Positions 44,990 through 55,908 of a stretch of DNA of 64,000 bases are shown here, one piece after another. Positions within the stretch are counted from its first letter, which is position 1. The number at the start of each line of letters is the position of its first letter. A program made the translations under genes and the position numbers. The notes under the pieces are model-generated. The model did no database searches, had not been told where the DNA came from, and saw only the letters and a list, made by a program, of their open reading frames with translations. The stretch is from positions 62,812 through 126,811 of the forward strand of contig JBIJDH010000024.1 of assembly GCA_044344255.1 (NCBI GenBank). The letters are read 5' to 3'. This stretch comes from Myxococcota bacterium (GTDB lineage Bacteria > Myxococcota_A > UBA796 > UBA2385).

Positions 44990-45868
44990 ATGCGACAAGT
45001 GGATTTGGCAGCCCTCGACCTGAACCTCCTCGTCGCGGCGGACGCGCTCCTCCGCGAGCGCTCGGTCACCCGGGCCGCGACGGTCCTCCACCTCTCCCAG
45101 CCCGCGGCGAGCCGCGTCCTCGCCCGCCTGCGAGACCTCTTCGATGACCCGCTCCTCGTGCGCATCGGCCACGAGATGGTGCCGACCCCCCGCGCCAAGG
45201 CGCTGGAGGAGCCCCTCCGGGACCTCCTGGCCCGGGCCCGAGACCTCCTCGGGCCACCGGCGCCCTTCGATCCGGCGAAGAGCCAGCGCCGCTTCTGCGT
45301 GCTGTCGTCCGACTACGCCCAGGTGGTCATCATCGGGCCGGCGCTCCAGGTCCTCGAGCGCGCGGCGCCCGGCGTGCGGCTGGCGGTCGAGGGGGCCGGC
45401 GCCGACGCCCTCGACCGCCTCGCCTCCGGGGGCGCCGATCTGCTGATCGGGCCGACAGACTCCCTGCCGTCCTGGACGGAGGCCACCCCGCTGCTCGCCG
45501 ATCCCTGGGTGTGCGTCCGGCGCCAGGGCTTGCCGCTCCCCCAGTCCGTCGGCGAGTACCTCGCCATGCCCCGCCTCCTCGTGGGCGCGCGGGATCGGAT
45601 CGGCCTCGCCGCGGGCGGCGGCCAGGCCAGCGCCGCGGTGGTCGAGGTCCCGGACTTCGCCGGCGCGCTGTTCGTGGTGGCGTCGAGCAGCGTCGTGGCG
45701 GCGGTGCCTCGCCCGATCGCCGAGGCGGGCGCCTCCCGCCTCTCGCTCCACTTCGCCCCGCTGGACCTGCCGCCGGTCGAGGTGTCCCTGGTCTGGTCGC
45801 GGCGCCTGTCCAACGACCCGGCGCACGCCTGGCTGCGCGCCGTGGTGCGAGCGGTGACCCCGCGCTGA
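44990..45868 (+). CDS. LysR family regulator (NodD/LeuO-like)
   Basis: LDLNLLV..RSVTRAA..LSQPAASRVLARLRDLFDDPLLVR and DPAHAWLR motifs. Confidence 0.95.
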   Translation: MRQVDLAALDLNLLVAADALLRERSVTRAATVLHLSQPAASRVLARLRDLFDDPLLVRIGHEMVPTPRAKALEEPLRDLLARARDLLGPPAPFDPAKSQRRFCVLSSDYAQVVIIGPALQVLERAAPGVRLAVEGAGADALDRLASGGADLLIGPTDSLPSWTEATPLLADPWVCVRRQGLPLPQSVGEYLAMPRLLVGARDRIGLAAGGGQASAAVVEVPDFAGALFVVASSSVVAAVPRPIAEAGASRLSLHFAPLDLPPVEVSLVWSRRLSNDPAHAWLRAVVRAVTPR

Positions 45869-45888
45869 GCCGCACCGCGCCGGCCCTG

Positions 45889-47556
45889 TCAGGCCACCGC
45901 CCCCTCCGAGCCCGGCTTCATGAAGGTCGCGCGGAGCACGAGGAGGCCGGGCAGGATGATGCCCACCAGCGCCTGCGCGACGTTCTCGACCACGTGGATG
46001 GGCTGGAGGTCAACCGTGACGGGGAAGGACCCGACCACCCCCAACCCCACCAGCGTGAGCACGCCCACCGGCCCGCGCACCTCGGCCGACAGCAGGGTGA
46101 TCGCCCACACCAAGCCAATGGCCACATAGCCCGGGGCGAAGGGGCTCTGGAGCGCAGCCACCACCAGCAGCCCCATCCAGACCACCGCCTGGCTGCGGCG
46201 CTCGCCCGTCCGACGGCCCGCCGCGAACGCCAAGGCCACCACCAGGACCGTGAAGACCGCCGCCACCCGCCGGCCCAGCACCCACGGGTCCCCCACGTCC
46301 ACGCCCAGGAGCTGCAGCTTGAACGGCAGCCCGAAGGGGCCAGAGTTGGTGAAGATCGAGAAGAGATCCTCCGCAAAGAAGGCGAAGGTCTCCCCCGAGC
46401 GGAGGCGCGGCAGGGTGTAGGTCAGGAAGGAGACCAGCGGGTCCGTCCCGAACAGGAGCAGGGAGACGACGAGGTAGAACAGGCCGAAGGCCGCCGTCCA
46501 GAGGGCCTCCCGCCAGCGGCGCTGGGCCAACAGCAGCACCCCGAGGATCCCGGGCGAGATCTTGGACAGGATGGCGAAGGCCAGCAGCGCGGCCCCCAGC
46601 CGGGGTCGGTCTCGGTCGAAGGCCACCATCCCGAGCACGGCCATCACCACCGTCATGAGCTGGAAATTCCCCACCTGGAGCGTCCCCAGCAGCGACGGGC
46701 TGGCGAAGAGCAGCGGCGCCAACAACAGCACGCGGTGGGCGGACCGCCCGCCCACCCAGCGAGCCACCGCCCACAAGCCCGCGAGGCTCAGCAGGCTGTT
46801 CAGGCCGAACCACAGCGCGCGCTGCGCCGGGAAGTCCGCCTTCAGGGGCACAAGCGGGGCGACGGCCAGCAGAAAGGGCGGAGGATAGGCGTAATAGTCC
46901 AACTTGAACGGGGCGTAGCGGCTCATCACTCCCGCGGGGAGAGGCGCCTTGCCGTGCGACCCTGCCCACCAGGGGTCGGCGTAGAGGTTCTCCACGCCAT
47001 CCTGAGCCAGCTCCGCCCCCCGCACATAGGCGGTCAAGCAGGAGTGGGTCTCCAGGAAGTCCATCCCCGGGAGCACCTGCAGGTCGGTGCGGCTGCCGTC
47101 CGCCATGAAGGTGCTCACACCGGCGGTGCTCCGTAGGGCACCCAGGGCCAGGAACAGGTAGAGCACGGCCATCACCGGGCGCCGCCGGGCCAGACCATCG
47201 AGCTCGATCGGCAGCCGCGAAGGGACGAGCACCATCATCGCCGTGACCGCGAGCCCGCCCGCGAGCAGGCTCAGCAGACCGGCCGCGCCCAGGCCCAGCC
47301 CGGCGCTGCCCGCCGCCGCCGCGACCACCGCCAGCGGCGTCGCTCGCCAACGAAGCCCCGGAGCGGCGCCCAGCACCCCCACCACCAGCGCGCCGATGCC
47401 CATCACCGCCGCGGTGATCTGTACCGCCTCGCCCGCGGAGCCCACCCCGAACACCAGGGGCCGCCACAGGCTCAGGGTCAAGACGGGCGCCACCAGCAAG
47501 GCCAACAGCGCGGAGAAGGCGCGGCGCTCGGCGCCGATGGGGGTCGGGTCGGTCAT
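45889..47556 (-). CDS. GT87 (DUF2029) family membrane glycosyltransferase
   Basis: YAYPPPFLL, LQVGNFQ and LSKISPG motifs; many TM helices. Confidence 0.8.
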   Translation of the reverse strand: MTDPTPIGAERRAFSALLALLVAPVLTLSLWRPLVFGVGSAGEAVQITAAVMGIGALVVGVLGAAPGLRWRATPLAVVAAAAGSAGLGLGAAGLLSLLAGGLAVTAMMVLVPSRLPIELDGLARRRPVMAVLYLFLALGALRSTAGVSTFMADGSRTDLQVLPGMDFLETHSCLTAYVRGAELAQDGVENLYADPWWAGSHGKAPLPAGVMSRYAPFKLDYYAYPPPFLLAVAPLVPLKADFPAQRALWFGLNSLLSLAGLWAVARWVGGRSAHRVLLLAPLLFASPSLLGTLQVGNFQLMTVVMAVLGMVAFDRDRPRLGAALLAFAILSKISPGILGVLLLAQRRWREALWTAAFGLFYLVVSLLLFGTDPLVSFLTYTLPRLRSGETFAFFAEDLFSIFTNSGPFGLPFKLQLLGVDVGDPWVLGRRVAAVFTVLVVALAFAAGRRTGERRSQAVVWMGLLVVAALQSPFAPGYVAIGLVWAITLLSAEVRGPVGVLTLVGLGVVGSFPVTVDLQPIHVVENVAQALVGIILPGLLVLRATFMKPGSEGAVA

Positions 47557-47672
47557 GGGTCAGGCTACCACCCGAACCACCCGCGGGGCGCAGAGAGCCA
47601 TGTCCACAGGGTGTCCGTTCAGCGGCCACCTCCGACCCGTCGCCGCCCCACCCTCCCAGACCCGCCTCTTCG

Positions 47673-48377
47673 TCAGCGCCCCGCCCGCCCCGCGAGCGGC
47701 ACGTAGAGCGCCGTCTCCAGCGGGCTGCCGGCGACCTCGGCGCGGAAGGTGACGAGCTCGAGCGCATCGACGACCATCGGCAGCGGCGGCAGCGCCCGGA
47801 GGGGCTGGAGCGCGGCGCGGAGGCGGTCGAGCGGGGCCCGGTCGCCGTAGAGCGCGGCGGTGACGTGGGGCAGGTAGGGCGCGAAGCGGAGCTCTCCGGG
47901 GCCGAGGCGGGCCCGCAGGCGCCCGAGGCCGCCCGTGGGGTCAAAGACCTCGAGGAAGGCGCAGGAGAGGAAGCTGTTGGCCCCGCCCACGACGAGGGAG
48001 AGCGGGCCAGCGCCCGCGGCCTCGGCGGCCTGCGCGTGGAGCCGCGCCCAGGCGACGTCGTCGTCGAGGGCGTCGCCGAGGGCGGGGGTGTCGGTGGGGA
48101 AGCCGGCCACCCAGACCGTCACGTGGGCCTCGGCCGCGGGCTGGGGGCGCAGCATGTCCGGGGCGGGCCCGAGCGCGCGGGAGAGCGCGCGCGACACGTC
48201 GTTCATCCGCTCCCGCACGGCGTCATCGGTCACCCGCAGGACCCAGACCGCGTAGCGGGGCCGCCCCCGGTGCCAGGCCTCGCGCACGCCGGGGGTGGGG
48301 CCGAGGGCCTCGCTCGCGGCGGAGAACTGGGCCCAGGTCTCCCCGAAGGCGGAGACGGCGCCGGGGGGCGCCCTCAC
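47673..48377 (-). CDS. 2H phosphoesterase (2'-5' RNA ligase family)
   Basis: Two HxT motifs (AHVTV, PHVTA); GTGA overlap with ppk2. Confidence 0.8.
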   Translation of the reverse strand: MRAPPGAVSAFGETWAQFSAASEALGPTPGVREAWHRGRPRYAVWVLRVTDDAVRERMNDVSRALSRALGPAPDMLRPQPAAEAHVTVWVAGFPTDTPALGDALDDDVAWARLHAQAAEAAGAGPLSLVVGGANSFLSCAFLEVFDPTGGLGRLRARLGPGELRFAPYLPHVTAALYGDRAPLDRLRAALQPLRALPPLPMVVDALELVTFRAEVAGSPLETALYVPLAGRAGR

Positions 48378-49234
48378 GTCTGCTCCGCCTCCAAGATCGC
48401 CTTGAGGCGGGCCATCTCCGCCGTCTCCTCGGCGTCGGGCACCGGCCAGCGGAGGGGGAGGCCCTCGAGGGCTTCCACCACCGTCTCGGCGACGATGGCC
48501 CGCATCGTGGGCTTGTGATCGGCGGGGATCGCGTACCAGGGCGCCCAGTCGCGGGAGGTCTCGTTGAGGGCGGCCTCGTAGGCCTCCATGTAGGCGTCCC
48601 AGTGGCCGCGCTCCCGCACGTCGCCCGCCTCGAACTTCCAGCGGGCGTCCTCGTCGGTGAGGCGGTCGAGGAAGCGGCGCCGCTGCTCGTCTCGGCCCAC
48701 GTTCAGCCAAAACTTTAGGATGATCGTACCGTTTCGATAGAGGTGGCGCTCCATCGAGCGGATGGACTGGGTGCGCTCCTCGAAGACGTCGTCGTCGATG
48801 CGGGGGAGGCGCTGGCCCTTCAAGAGCTCGGGGTGGACCCGCACCGCCAGCACCTCCTCGTAGTGGCTGCGGTTGAAGATGCCGATGCGGCCGCGCTCGG
48901 GCAGCGCACGCCAGACGCGCCACAGGAAGTCGTGGTCAAGCTCCTCCTCGGAGGGGCGCTTGAAGGCCTGCACCTGGCAGCCCGCCGGGTTGACCCCGCT
49001 CATCACAGCCTTCACGGTGCCGTCCTTTCCAGCGGCGTCCATCGCCTGGAAGACGAGCAGGAGCGAAAACCGATCGTCGGCGTAGAGCTTGGCTTGGAGC
49101 TTCTTCAGCCGCGCGCCCGCCGCGGCGAGGCGGGCCTCGGCGTCGGGCCAGCGCGCCTCGGTGGGGGCATCCTTCACGCGGAAGGAGCCGTCGAAGGGGA
49201 CACGCCAGCGGCTGTCGGGGCCGGGATGGGACAT
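48374..49234 (-). CDS. ppk2: polyphosphate kinase 2 (class III-like)
   Basis: QAMDAAGKDG, FKRPSEEELDHDFLWR, IFNRSHYEEVL and WKF motifs. Confidence 0.93.
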   Translation of the reverse strand: MSHPGPDSRWRVPFDGSFRVKDAPTEARWPDAEARLAAAGARLKKLQAKLYADDRFSLLLVFQAMDAAGKDGTVKAVMSGVNPAGCQVQAFKRPSEEELDHDFLWRVWRALPERGRIGIFNRSHYEEVLAVRVHPELLKGQRLPRIDDDVFEERTQSIRSMERHLYRNGTIILKFWLNVGRDEQRRRFLDRLTDEDARWKFEAGDVRERGHWDAYMEAYEAALNETSRDWAPWYAIPADHKPTMRAIVAETVVEALEGLPLRWPVPDAEETAEMARLKAILEAEQT

Positions 49235-49317
49235 GGGTGCTCCGGAGGGGAGCCCGATCCTACCGCTTGGGAGCGCGCGGGGCTCGCCCGCCGAGGCGCC
49301 TGGGGTACACTGGCCCG

Positions 49318-50475
49318 ATGCAGCCGCCCCCCTCGCCCGCCACGAGCAACCCGGCCGCCCGCGTGGTGGCCCGGGCGGGGAACCAGCCCGAGAGCGCGCT
49401 GCGCGACGAACGAAAGAACGTCGAGATCAACGTCGGCAAGGCGTGTAACAACCGCTGTGTCTTCTGCATTGACGGCCTGCCCAAAGCGGAAGACCGCTCC
49501 TACATGCCCTGGCCGATGATGCAGGCCGAGATCTCGCGCTGGGCTGACGCCGGCTACCGCTCGCTCGGCTTCCTCGGCGGCGAGCCCAGCACCTACCCTT
49601 GGATCGTCGAGAGCGTGGCCCACGCCCGCGCCGTCGGCTTCAGCCGCATCACCATCGCCACCAACGCCACCAAGCTCCGTAAGCCCGACTTCACCCGCCG
49701 CCTGATCGACGCCGGGCTCAGCCGGGTCACCGTCTCGATGCACGGCCACACCGCCGAGCTCGAAGACCGCCTCACCCGCGTGCCCGGGAATTTCGAGAAG
49801 AAGCTCGCCGCCTTTCAGATCCTCCGCCAGGAGAAGGAGCAGGGCCGGCTCCCCGACGGCCTCAGCGTCAACGTGGTGCTGAACGGTTGGAATCAGCCGC
49901 ATCTGTTGAAGATGATGCGCTTCTTCTACGAGACGGCGGGGGTCGACGACATGCGCGTCAACTTCATCCGCCCCGAGGGTTACGCCGAGGGCGACGCCGA
50001 GCTCACCGCTCGCTACCGGGTGGTGGTGCCGCAGCTCGTCAAGGCCATCGTGCTCGCCGAGACACACTGGCGCCGTGTCTTCACCTTCGGTGGCTTCCCG
50101 CTCTGTGTGCTGCCGCCGGCGCTGCGCCGGGATCGCGCGCTCCTGTCGCGCACGATGGGCGAGTACCGAGACCTGAGCACCGCCTGCTCCATCCGCTCCG
50201 GCGGGGGGGACCGCATCGTCCCCGCCCGCGCCGCCGAGCGGGCGCGGCCCGAAGCGGGGGCCAGCAGCACGGTGGTCCAGTTCGACGCCGCCGAGGGGCG
50301 CGCCCGCTTCAACTGGCAGGACCGTAAGCAGAACGACCTCAAGGCTCAGCCCAAGGCCTGCGGCGCCTGTGAGCTCAACGGGCTCTGTGAGGGCGTGTGG
50401 AAGGGCTACCTCGACATCTGGGGCGAGGACGAATTCCAGCCCGTGCGCATCGGCGAGACCGCCCTGGCCCCCTGA
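49318..50475 (+). CDS. radical SAM protein with C-terminal Cys cluster (HxsC-like/SPASM-twitch)
   Basis: CNNRCVFC, GGEPS, FPLCVL and CGACELNGLCEG motifs. Confidence 0.85.
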   Translation: MQPPPSPATSNPAARVVARAGNQPESALRDERKNVEINVGKACNNRCVFCIDGLPKAEDRSYMPWPMMQAEISRWADAGYRSLGFLGGEPSTYPWIVESVAHARAVGFSRITIATNATKLRKPDFTRRLIDAGLSRVTVSMHGHTAELEDRLTRVPGNFEKKLAAFQILRQEKEQGRLPDGLSVNVVLNGWNQPHLLKMMRFFYETAGVDDMRVNFIRPEGYAEGDAELTARYRVVVPQLVKAIVLAETHWRRVFTFGGFPLCVLPPALRRDRALLSRTMGEYRDLSTACSIRSGGGDRIVPARAAERARPEAGASSTVVQFDAAEGRARFNWQDRKQNDLKAQPKACGACELNGLCEGVWKGYLDIWGEDEFQPVRIGETALAP

Positions 50476-50511
50476 ACCGTCCACGGTCGGGGCCGGGCGC
50501 CGCAGGCGCGC

Positions 50512-51486
50512 TCAGCCGCCGATACAGTCTCGGCCCGCGAAGAGGGCGTCCCACTGCCGGCTGTCGTGAGCGGGGAGGAGGGTGAGCCCCGGATCGGCCT
50601 CATGGATGGCCCACAGCTTCTGGATCTGGGCGTCGGTGGCCACGGGATCGGCGTCGAAGGCGGCGGCGATGGCGCTCTTCGGCTCGCGCTGCTCGTAGCC
50701 CTCCCGCACCCAGACGGTGTCACCGACATGGAAGACCCGCTCTCCCCCCGGCAGGCGGAGGAAGGTGCCCATGCTCCCCGGCGAGTGGCCCGGCATCGGC
50801 ACGAGCACCACCGAGCCATCCCCATAGAGGTCGTGGCTGGCGGGGTAGGGGCCGAGGGGCGGCCCCTCGAAGAGCACGGTGTGTCCGCGGGCGGCGAGGG
50901 CGCGGGCCTCCCGCGGGAGGATGGCCGAGGGCTCCCCGGCGACGGCGCGGTCGGCCTCGGCGAGCTCGGCGGCGGGGGCGAAGATCGGGAGCTCCGGCAG
51001 ATCGACGAGCCCACCCAAGTGGTCATAATGCCCGTGGGAGAGGAGCCCGCCCTTGAGGCTGGCAGGCTCGACGCCGAGCTTCTTCAGGCCCTCGGCCGGG
51101 GTGGCCGTCACCACGAAGCCCTTGGCCGAGCGTTTCATGAAGAAGCGCAGGGGACCCTTGAGCTCGTCGAGGGCGGCGCGCCAATCGACAGAGATGCCCC
51201 CGTCGAGGAGGTAGCTCCCGCCCGGGTGCACGATCAGCAGCCCGGAGAGCGTGCTCGACACCTTCTCATGGAGCGCGCCGTGGGCGACCACGAGGGCGCG
51301 CGGCAGCTTGCCGGTGGCCAGCGGCACGCGGCAGATCTTGAGCCCCGTCGCCGCCGGCACCTTCGTGGGGAGCTGCGGCGCCGGCATCGGCGGCGGGATG
51401 TGGGGCGCACAGGCCGCGACGAGCCCGACCACAGCCAGGAGGCCGAGGTCGAACCGGGCGCGACGCGCGGAGGGGGAGCGGAGCAT
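50512..51486 (-). CDS. MBL-fold lipoprotein hydrolase (AHL-lactonase-like; start uncertain)
   Basis: VAA-C lipobox; SHGHYDHLGG, PGHSPG, GD and PAHD motifs. Confidence 0.88.
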   Translation of the reverse strand: MLRSPSARRARFDLGLLAVVGLVAACAPHIPPPMPAPQLPTKVPAATGLKICRVPLATGKLPRALVVAHGALHEKVSSTLSGLLIVHPGGSYLLDGGISVDWRAALDELKGPLRFFMKRSAKGFVVTATPAEGLKKLGVEPASLKGGLLSHGHYDHLGGLVDLPELPIFAPAAELAEADRAVAGEPSAILPREARALAARGHTVLFEGPPLGPYPASHDLYGDGSVVLVPMPGHSPGSMGTFLRLPGGERVFHVGDTVWVREGYEQREPKSAIAAAFDADPVATDAQIQKLWAIHEADPGLTLLPAHDSRQWDALFAGRDCIGG

Positions 51487-51534
51487 GGGGGGCCTCGTCA
51501 CGAGCAGCATACGCTCGGCGCGAGGCCCCACCCC

Positions 51535-52164
51535 TCAGGCCTGGGGCTTACTGTCGTCTTCCCCGCCGCCCTCTTCTTCGTCTTCGCCTTCGTCCTCATC
51601 GAGGTCGTCGTCGTCGAGGTCTTCGTCGCCGTCCTCATCGTCGTAGTCGTCGTCATCGTCGTCGTCGTGGTCCTCGGTGCCGTCGGCGCCGTGGGGGTGA
51701 CCGTGGGTGGTCTCCTCCTCGGTGGCGTCGCGGATGAGGGCGATCTCGACGTTGAAGTGCAACGTCACGCCGGCGAGGGGGTGGTTGGCGTCGAGGTAGA
51801 CGTGCTCCTCGTCGAAGTCAGCCACCCAGAGGGCGACGTGCTCGCCGTCCGGCGTCTCACCGAAGACGGGCATGCCCTCTTCGAAGTCCATGTCGTCGGG
51901 GAACTGGCTGCGGGGGAAGGGCTGGGGGTCGTTCCCGTCGTGCTCGCCGTAGCCGTCCTCGGGCTCGACCACCGCCGTGAACTTGTCGCCCACGACCTTG
52001 CCGGCCATGACCTTCTCGAGCCCGGGGACGATGTTCCCGGCGCCGTGGAGGTAGGGCAGCGGATCGCCGCCGTCCGAGGTGTCGAGCACCTCACCGTCCG
52101 AGTCGGTGAGCGTGTAGTGGAAGAGGACGACCTTGCCGTCGGCGACGGCTTCTGGTTTGGTCAT
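51535..52164 (-). CDS. slyD: FKBP-type PPIase SlyD with a long acidic tail
   Basis: YLHGAGNIVPGLE, DANHPLAG and RDATEEETTHGHPHG motifs followed by poly-Asp/Glu. Confidence 0.92.
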   Translation of the reverse strand: MTKPEAVADGKVVLFHYTLTDSDGEVLDTSDGGDPLPYLHGAGNIVPGLEKVMAGKVVGDKFTAVVEPEDGYGEHDGNDPQPFPRSQFPDDMDFEEGMPVFGETPDGEHVALWVADFDEEHVYLDANHPLAGVTLHFNVEIALIRDATEEETTHGHPHGADGTEDHDDDDDDDYDDEDGDEDLDDDDLDEDEGEDEEEGGGEDDSKPQA

Positions 52165-52394
52165 GGGGTGCTCCGCGGGCGGGATGGGCGAGGACCGGAA
52201 GGGCGACGGCAGGATGGCCGAGGACAGGATGGCCGCGCACCTACCGCCGGTTGCCCCCCGCGGCAATGCGGACGCGGGAAATTACCCAAGCTGCCATGGA
52301 GGGGGCCCTGCGGGATAGGAGCGGCCCCTCGGGGGGTTGGTGACGCCCTCGATCCCTGCCGCCGATCCCCCGCCGATCCCCCTTGGTGAGACCG

Positions 52395-53387
<993 letters not shown>

Positions 53388-53426
53388 GCGAGCCCGCGCG
53401 CGCCGCCCACCCCTGCGGGCCTGAGG

Positions 53427-53454
53427 CTCACTCGGTGGGCCTCACTCGGTGGGC
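53427..53454. repeat. 14-bp tandem duplication of the SRPBCC gene's stop region
   Basis: CTCACTCGGTGGGC x2. Confidence 0.85.
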
Positions 53455-53999
53455 TTCGGCCAGGGGCGGGCCGCGAGGGCCTGGATCGCCTCCCGCTGGC
53501 ACTGCTCCCAGGCGGGCTGGATGCGGTTGCTGTAGAGGCGCCGCACCGGCCAGGGCGGCGGCTGGATCCAGGTGTGGACCTCGACGTCGGTGGCCTGCTC
53601 CCCTGCCGGGCGGAGCGTCCAGGTGGTGAGGAAGCCGCGCTTGCCGGCGTGGTCGAGCGTCACGCGCTTGGGCGGATCGACCTTGGAGATCGTGGCGGTG
53701 AGCTTGCGGTGCATCGCCGAGGGCACGTAGATGAGGCTCGCGCTGGCGCCGACCCCCTCCGTCGAGGAGCCTGGCTCCCACTTCTTCACGCAGGCCTCGC
53801 TCCAGAGGCCGCGGTGGACCTCGAGGTTCACCAAGGCGTCAAAGACGAGCGGCATCGGCGCGCCGACCGTGCCCGTGGCGACGACGTCGGAGGGGTCAGC
53901 GACGGTAGAGCCGGGAGCGGCGGGCTCCGCGGCGGAGGCGCCGCCGGAGAGCGAGAGCCCAGCGAAGAGTACGGCGGAGAGCGCAGAGACGAGGAGCAT
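53442..53999 (-). CDS. secreted SRPBCC family protein
   Basis: GGAGG RBS, signal peptide, and VGAPMPLVFDAL..GVGA..TTWTLRP pattern. Confidence 0.7.
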   Translation of the reverse strand: MLLVSALSAVLFAGLSLSGGASAAEPAAPGSTVADPSDVVATGTVGAPMPLVFDALVNLEVHRGLWSEACVKKWEPGSSTEGVGASASLIYVPSAMHRKLTATISKVDPPKRVTLDHAGKRGFLTTWTLRPAGEQATDVEVHTWIQPPPWPVRRLYSNRIQPAWEQCQREAIQALAARPWPKPTE

Positions 54000-54246
54000 C
54001 GAGACCTCCGCGCCGCCCCTATCCCGCCGGGGCGGCGGGTCGGAGGGGCCCCGGCCTCCGCCTCGCAGACAAATGACCGCCACGCGCCTGGCGATGAAGA
54101 AAAACCCAATCAACAGCCAAAGTAAGCCATCGCCAGGCTGACGTGCGGCCACATCTGAAGGCTATCGAGGCCACCGAGCCCAGGGCACTTTCACTCGCTT
54201 TCGTCGGCGAGGGGGCCCACGCAAGGCGGCGCAGGGGAGGGCCGGC

Positions 54247-55908
54247 TCAGCGGAGGGGCGGCACGAAGCGGAGGCTCCCGCGCTTCGCCATCGCCCCCTC
54301 GGCGGCGGAGATGCCGTGCAGCTCGACCATATTGTCGAGGATGAGCTCGATGCGCGCGTTCGGCGTGCGCCCGCCGCTCATCGCCAGCGTGTAGCCGCTG
54401 CGGGGCGAGCGGAGGATCGAGGCGATGAAGGCCGCCTCCCTCGCCGAGAGCCGCTCGGGGCGCTTGGCGAAGAAGGCGTCGGCGGCGGGGCCCACGCCGT
54501 AGAGGTCGGGGCCGAGCTCGACGATGTTGAGGTAGAGCTCGAGGATGCGCTCCTTGCCGAGCGCTTGTTCCATCTCGAGGGCGTAGAGCAGCTCTCGCAG
54601 CTTGCGGGCGAGGGTGCGCTCGCCGCCGTCGAGGAAGAGGTTCTTGGCGAGCTGCTGGGTGAGCGTGCTGCCGCCGCGCAGCGCCTCGCCGGCGCGGGCG
54701 GCGTCGATGGCCTCCTGCACGGCGCGCAGATCGTAGCCCGGGTGCCCGCGGAAGCCGGCGTCCTCCGCCGCCATCACCGCGAAGGGGAGGAGCCCGGCCG
54801 CAGAGAGCGGCACCCAGTCGGGGCTGCCCTCGCCGGTGTCGCGCAGGCGGCCCTCGCCGTCGGCGGAGGGGGCCCGCCAGGACAGGGGGCCCGAGCGTAA
54901 GGCCGAGGAGTCGGGGAGCAGGCCCTCGGCGGCGAGGCCCTCGGCGGCGGGGGCGAGGGTCCACGCTCCCGAGGGGTGGCTGAAGCTCGCCTCCAACGAG
55001 ACGGTGCCGCGCACGTCGGCCACCTTGGCCTCGGGGACGAGGGGGCCCATGAGGTCGAGCACGCGGCTGAGCGGGGTGGGCGGCAGCGTGAAGCGGAGCG
55101 CCGCGGCGGGCGGCTCGAGGGTGGCCGTCCCGGCGACGGCGAGGGTGAGGCCCCCGAAGAGCACCCGCCCCTCGAGCGCCCCGCTGGCCCGATCGTAGGT
55201 GCCATCGACCAGCAAGGGGGCCGCTGGCAGGGCCCGATCGGCGAGCAGCGGGTGCAGGAGCTCGGCCTCGGGCACGGAGAGGGAGAGGGTGCAGGTCTCG
55301 GCGCAGGCGGCCCGGAGGGTGGCGGCGCCGGAGAGCGGGCCGAGCCGGAGCGGCCGCTGAAGCTCCACCTCGAAGGCCCCCGCCGAGCGGCGGAGGGAGG
55401 CGCCTGCGCCCTGGAGGTCGAGGTCGGGGAGCAAGCTGCCGTCGAGGCCCTCGGCGAGGAGGTCATCTCCCCAGCGCAGCCTGACCCCGTGGGCGAGGAG
55501 GGGGAGCTCGAGCGCGACGAGGGCGTCGAGCGCGCCCGGGGCCTCGGCGGGGGAGGGCATGGGGGCCGCGGCGCCCCCGTCCCCGCGCAGCGTGTCGAGC
55601 TGCACGTCCACCCCGTCGAGCTCGGCCCGAAAGGGGGGGATGAGGTGAATCGTGAGGTGGTCGGCCGAGACGCCGGGGCGGCGCAGCCCCTCCCAGCGCG
55701 CGACGCCGAGCTCATCCTGCCGCCGCTCCCAGGTGAAGCCCGCCCCGCGGAGCGCTTCCTCGACCTCCCCCTCCGCGGCGACCCGCGCGCCGACGGTCCC
55801 GCCGAGGGTGAGGGTGACGAAGAGGGCGCCGAGGAGCGGCCCGCGCGCGCGCCGGCCCGCGGGGCGAGCGGGGGCGCTCAGTGGGCCACGAGCACGGAGA
55901 CCGGGCAC
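54247..55908 (-). CDS. monofunctional peptidoglycan transglycosylase (GT51) with long N-terminal extension; start uncertain
   Basis: AEDAGFRGHPG, RGGSTLTQQLAKNLF, RKLRE and KERILELYLN motifs. Confidence 0.88.
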   Translation of the reverse strand: MPGLRARGPLSAPARPAGRRARGPLLGALFVTLTLGGTVGARVAAEGEVEEALRGAGFTWERRQDELGVARWEGLRRPGVSADHLTIHLIPPFRAELDGVDVQLDTLRGDGGAAAPMPSPAEAPGALDALVALELPLLAHGVRLRWGDDLLAEGLDGSLLPDLDLQGAGASLRRSAGAFEVELQRPLRLGPLSGAATLRAACAETCTLSLSVPEAELLHPLLADRALPAAPLLVDGTYDRASGALEGRVLFGGLTLAVAGTATLEPPAAALRFTLPPTPLSRVLDLMGPLVPEAKVADVRGTVSLEASFSHPSGAWTLAPAAEGLAAEGLLPDSSALRSGPLSWRAPSADGEGRLRDTGEGSPDWVPLSAAGLLPFAVMAAEDAGFRGHPGYDLRAVQEAIDAARAGEALRGGSTLTQQLAKNLFLDGGERTLARKLRELLYALEMEQALGKERILELYLNIVELGPDLYGVGPAADAFFAKRPERLSAREAAFIASILRSPRSGYTLAMSGGRTPNARIELILDNMVELHGISAAEGAMAKRGSLRFVPPLR

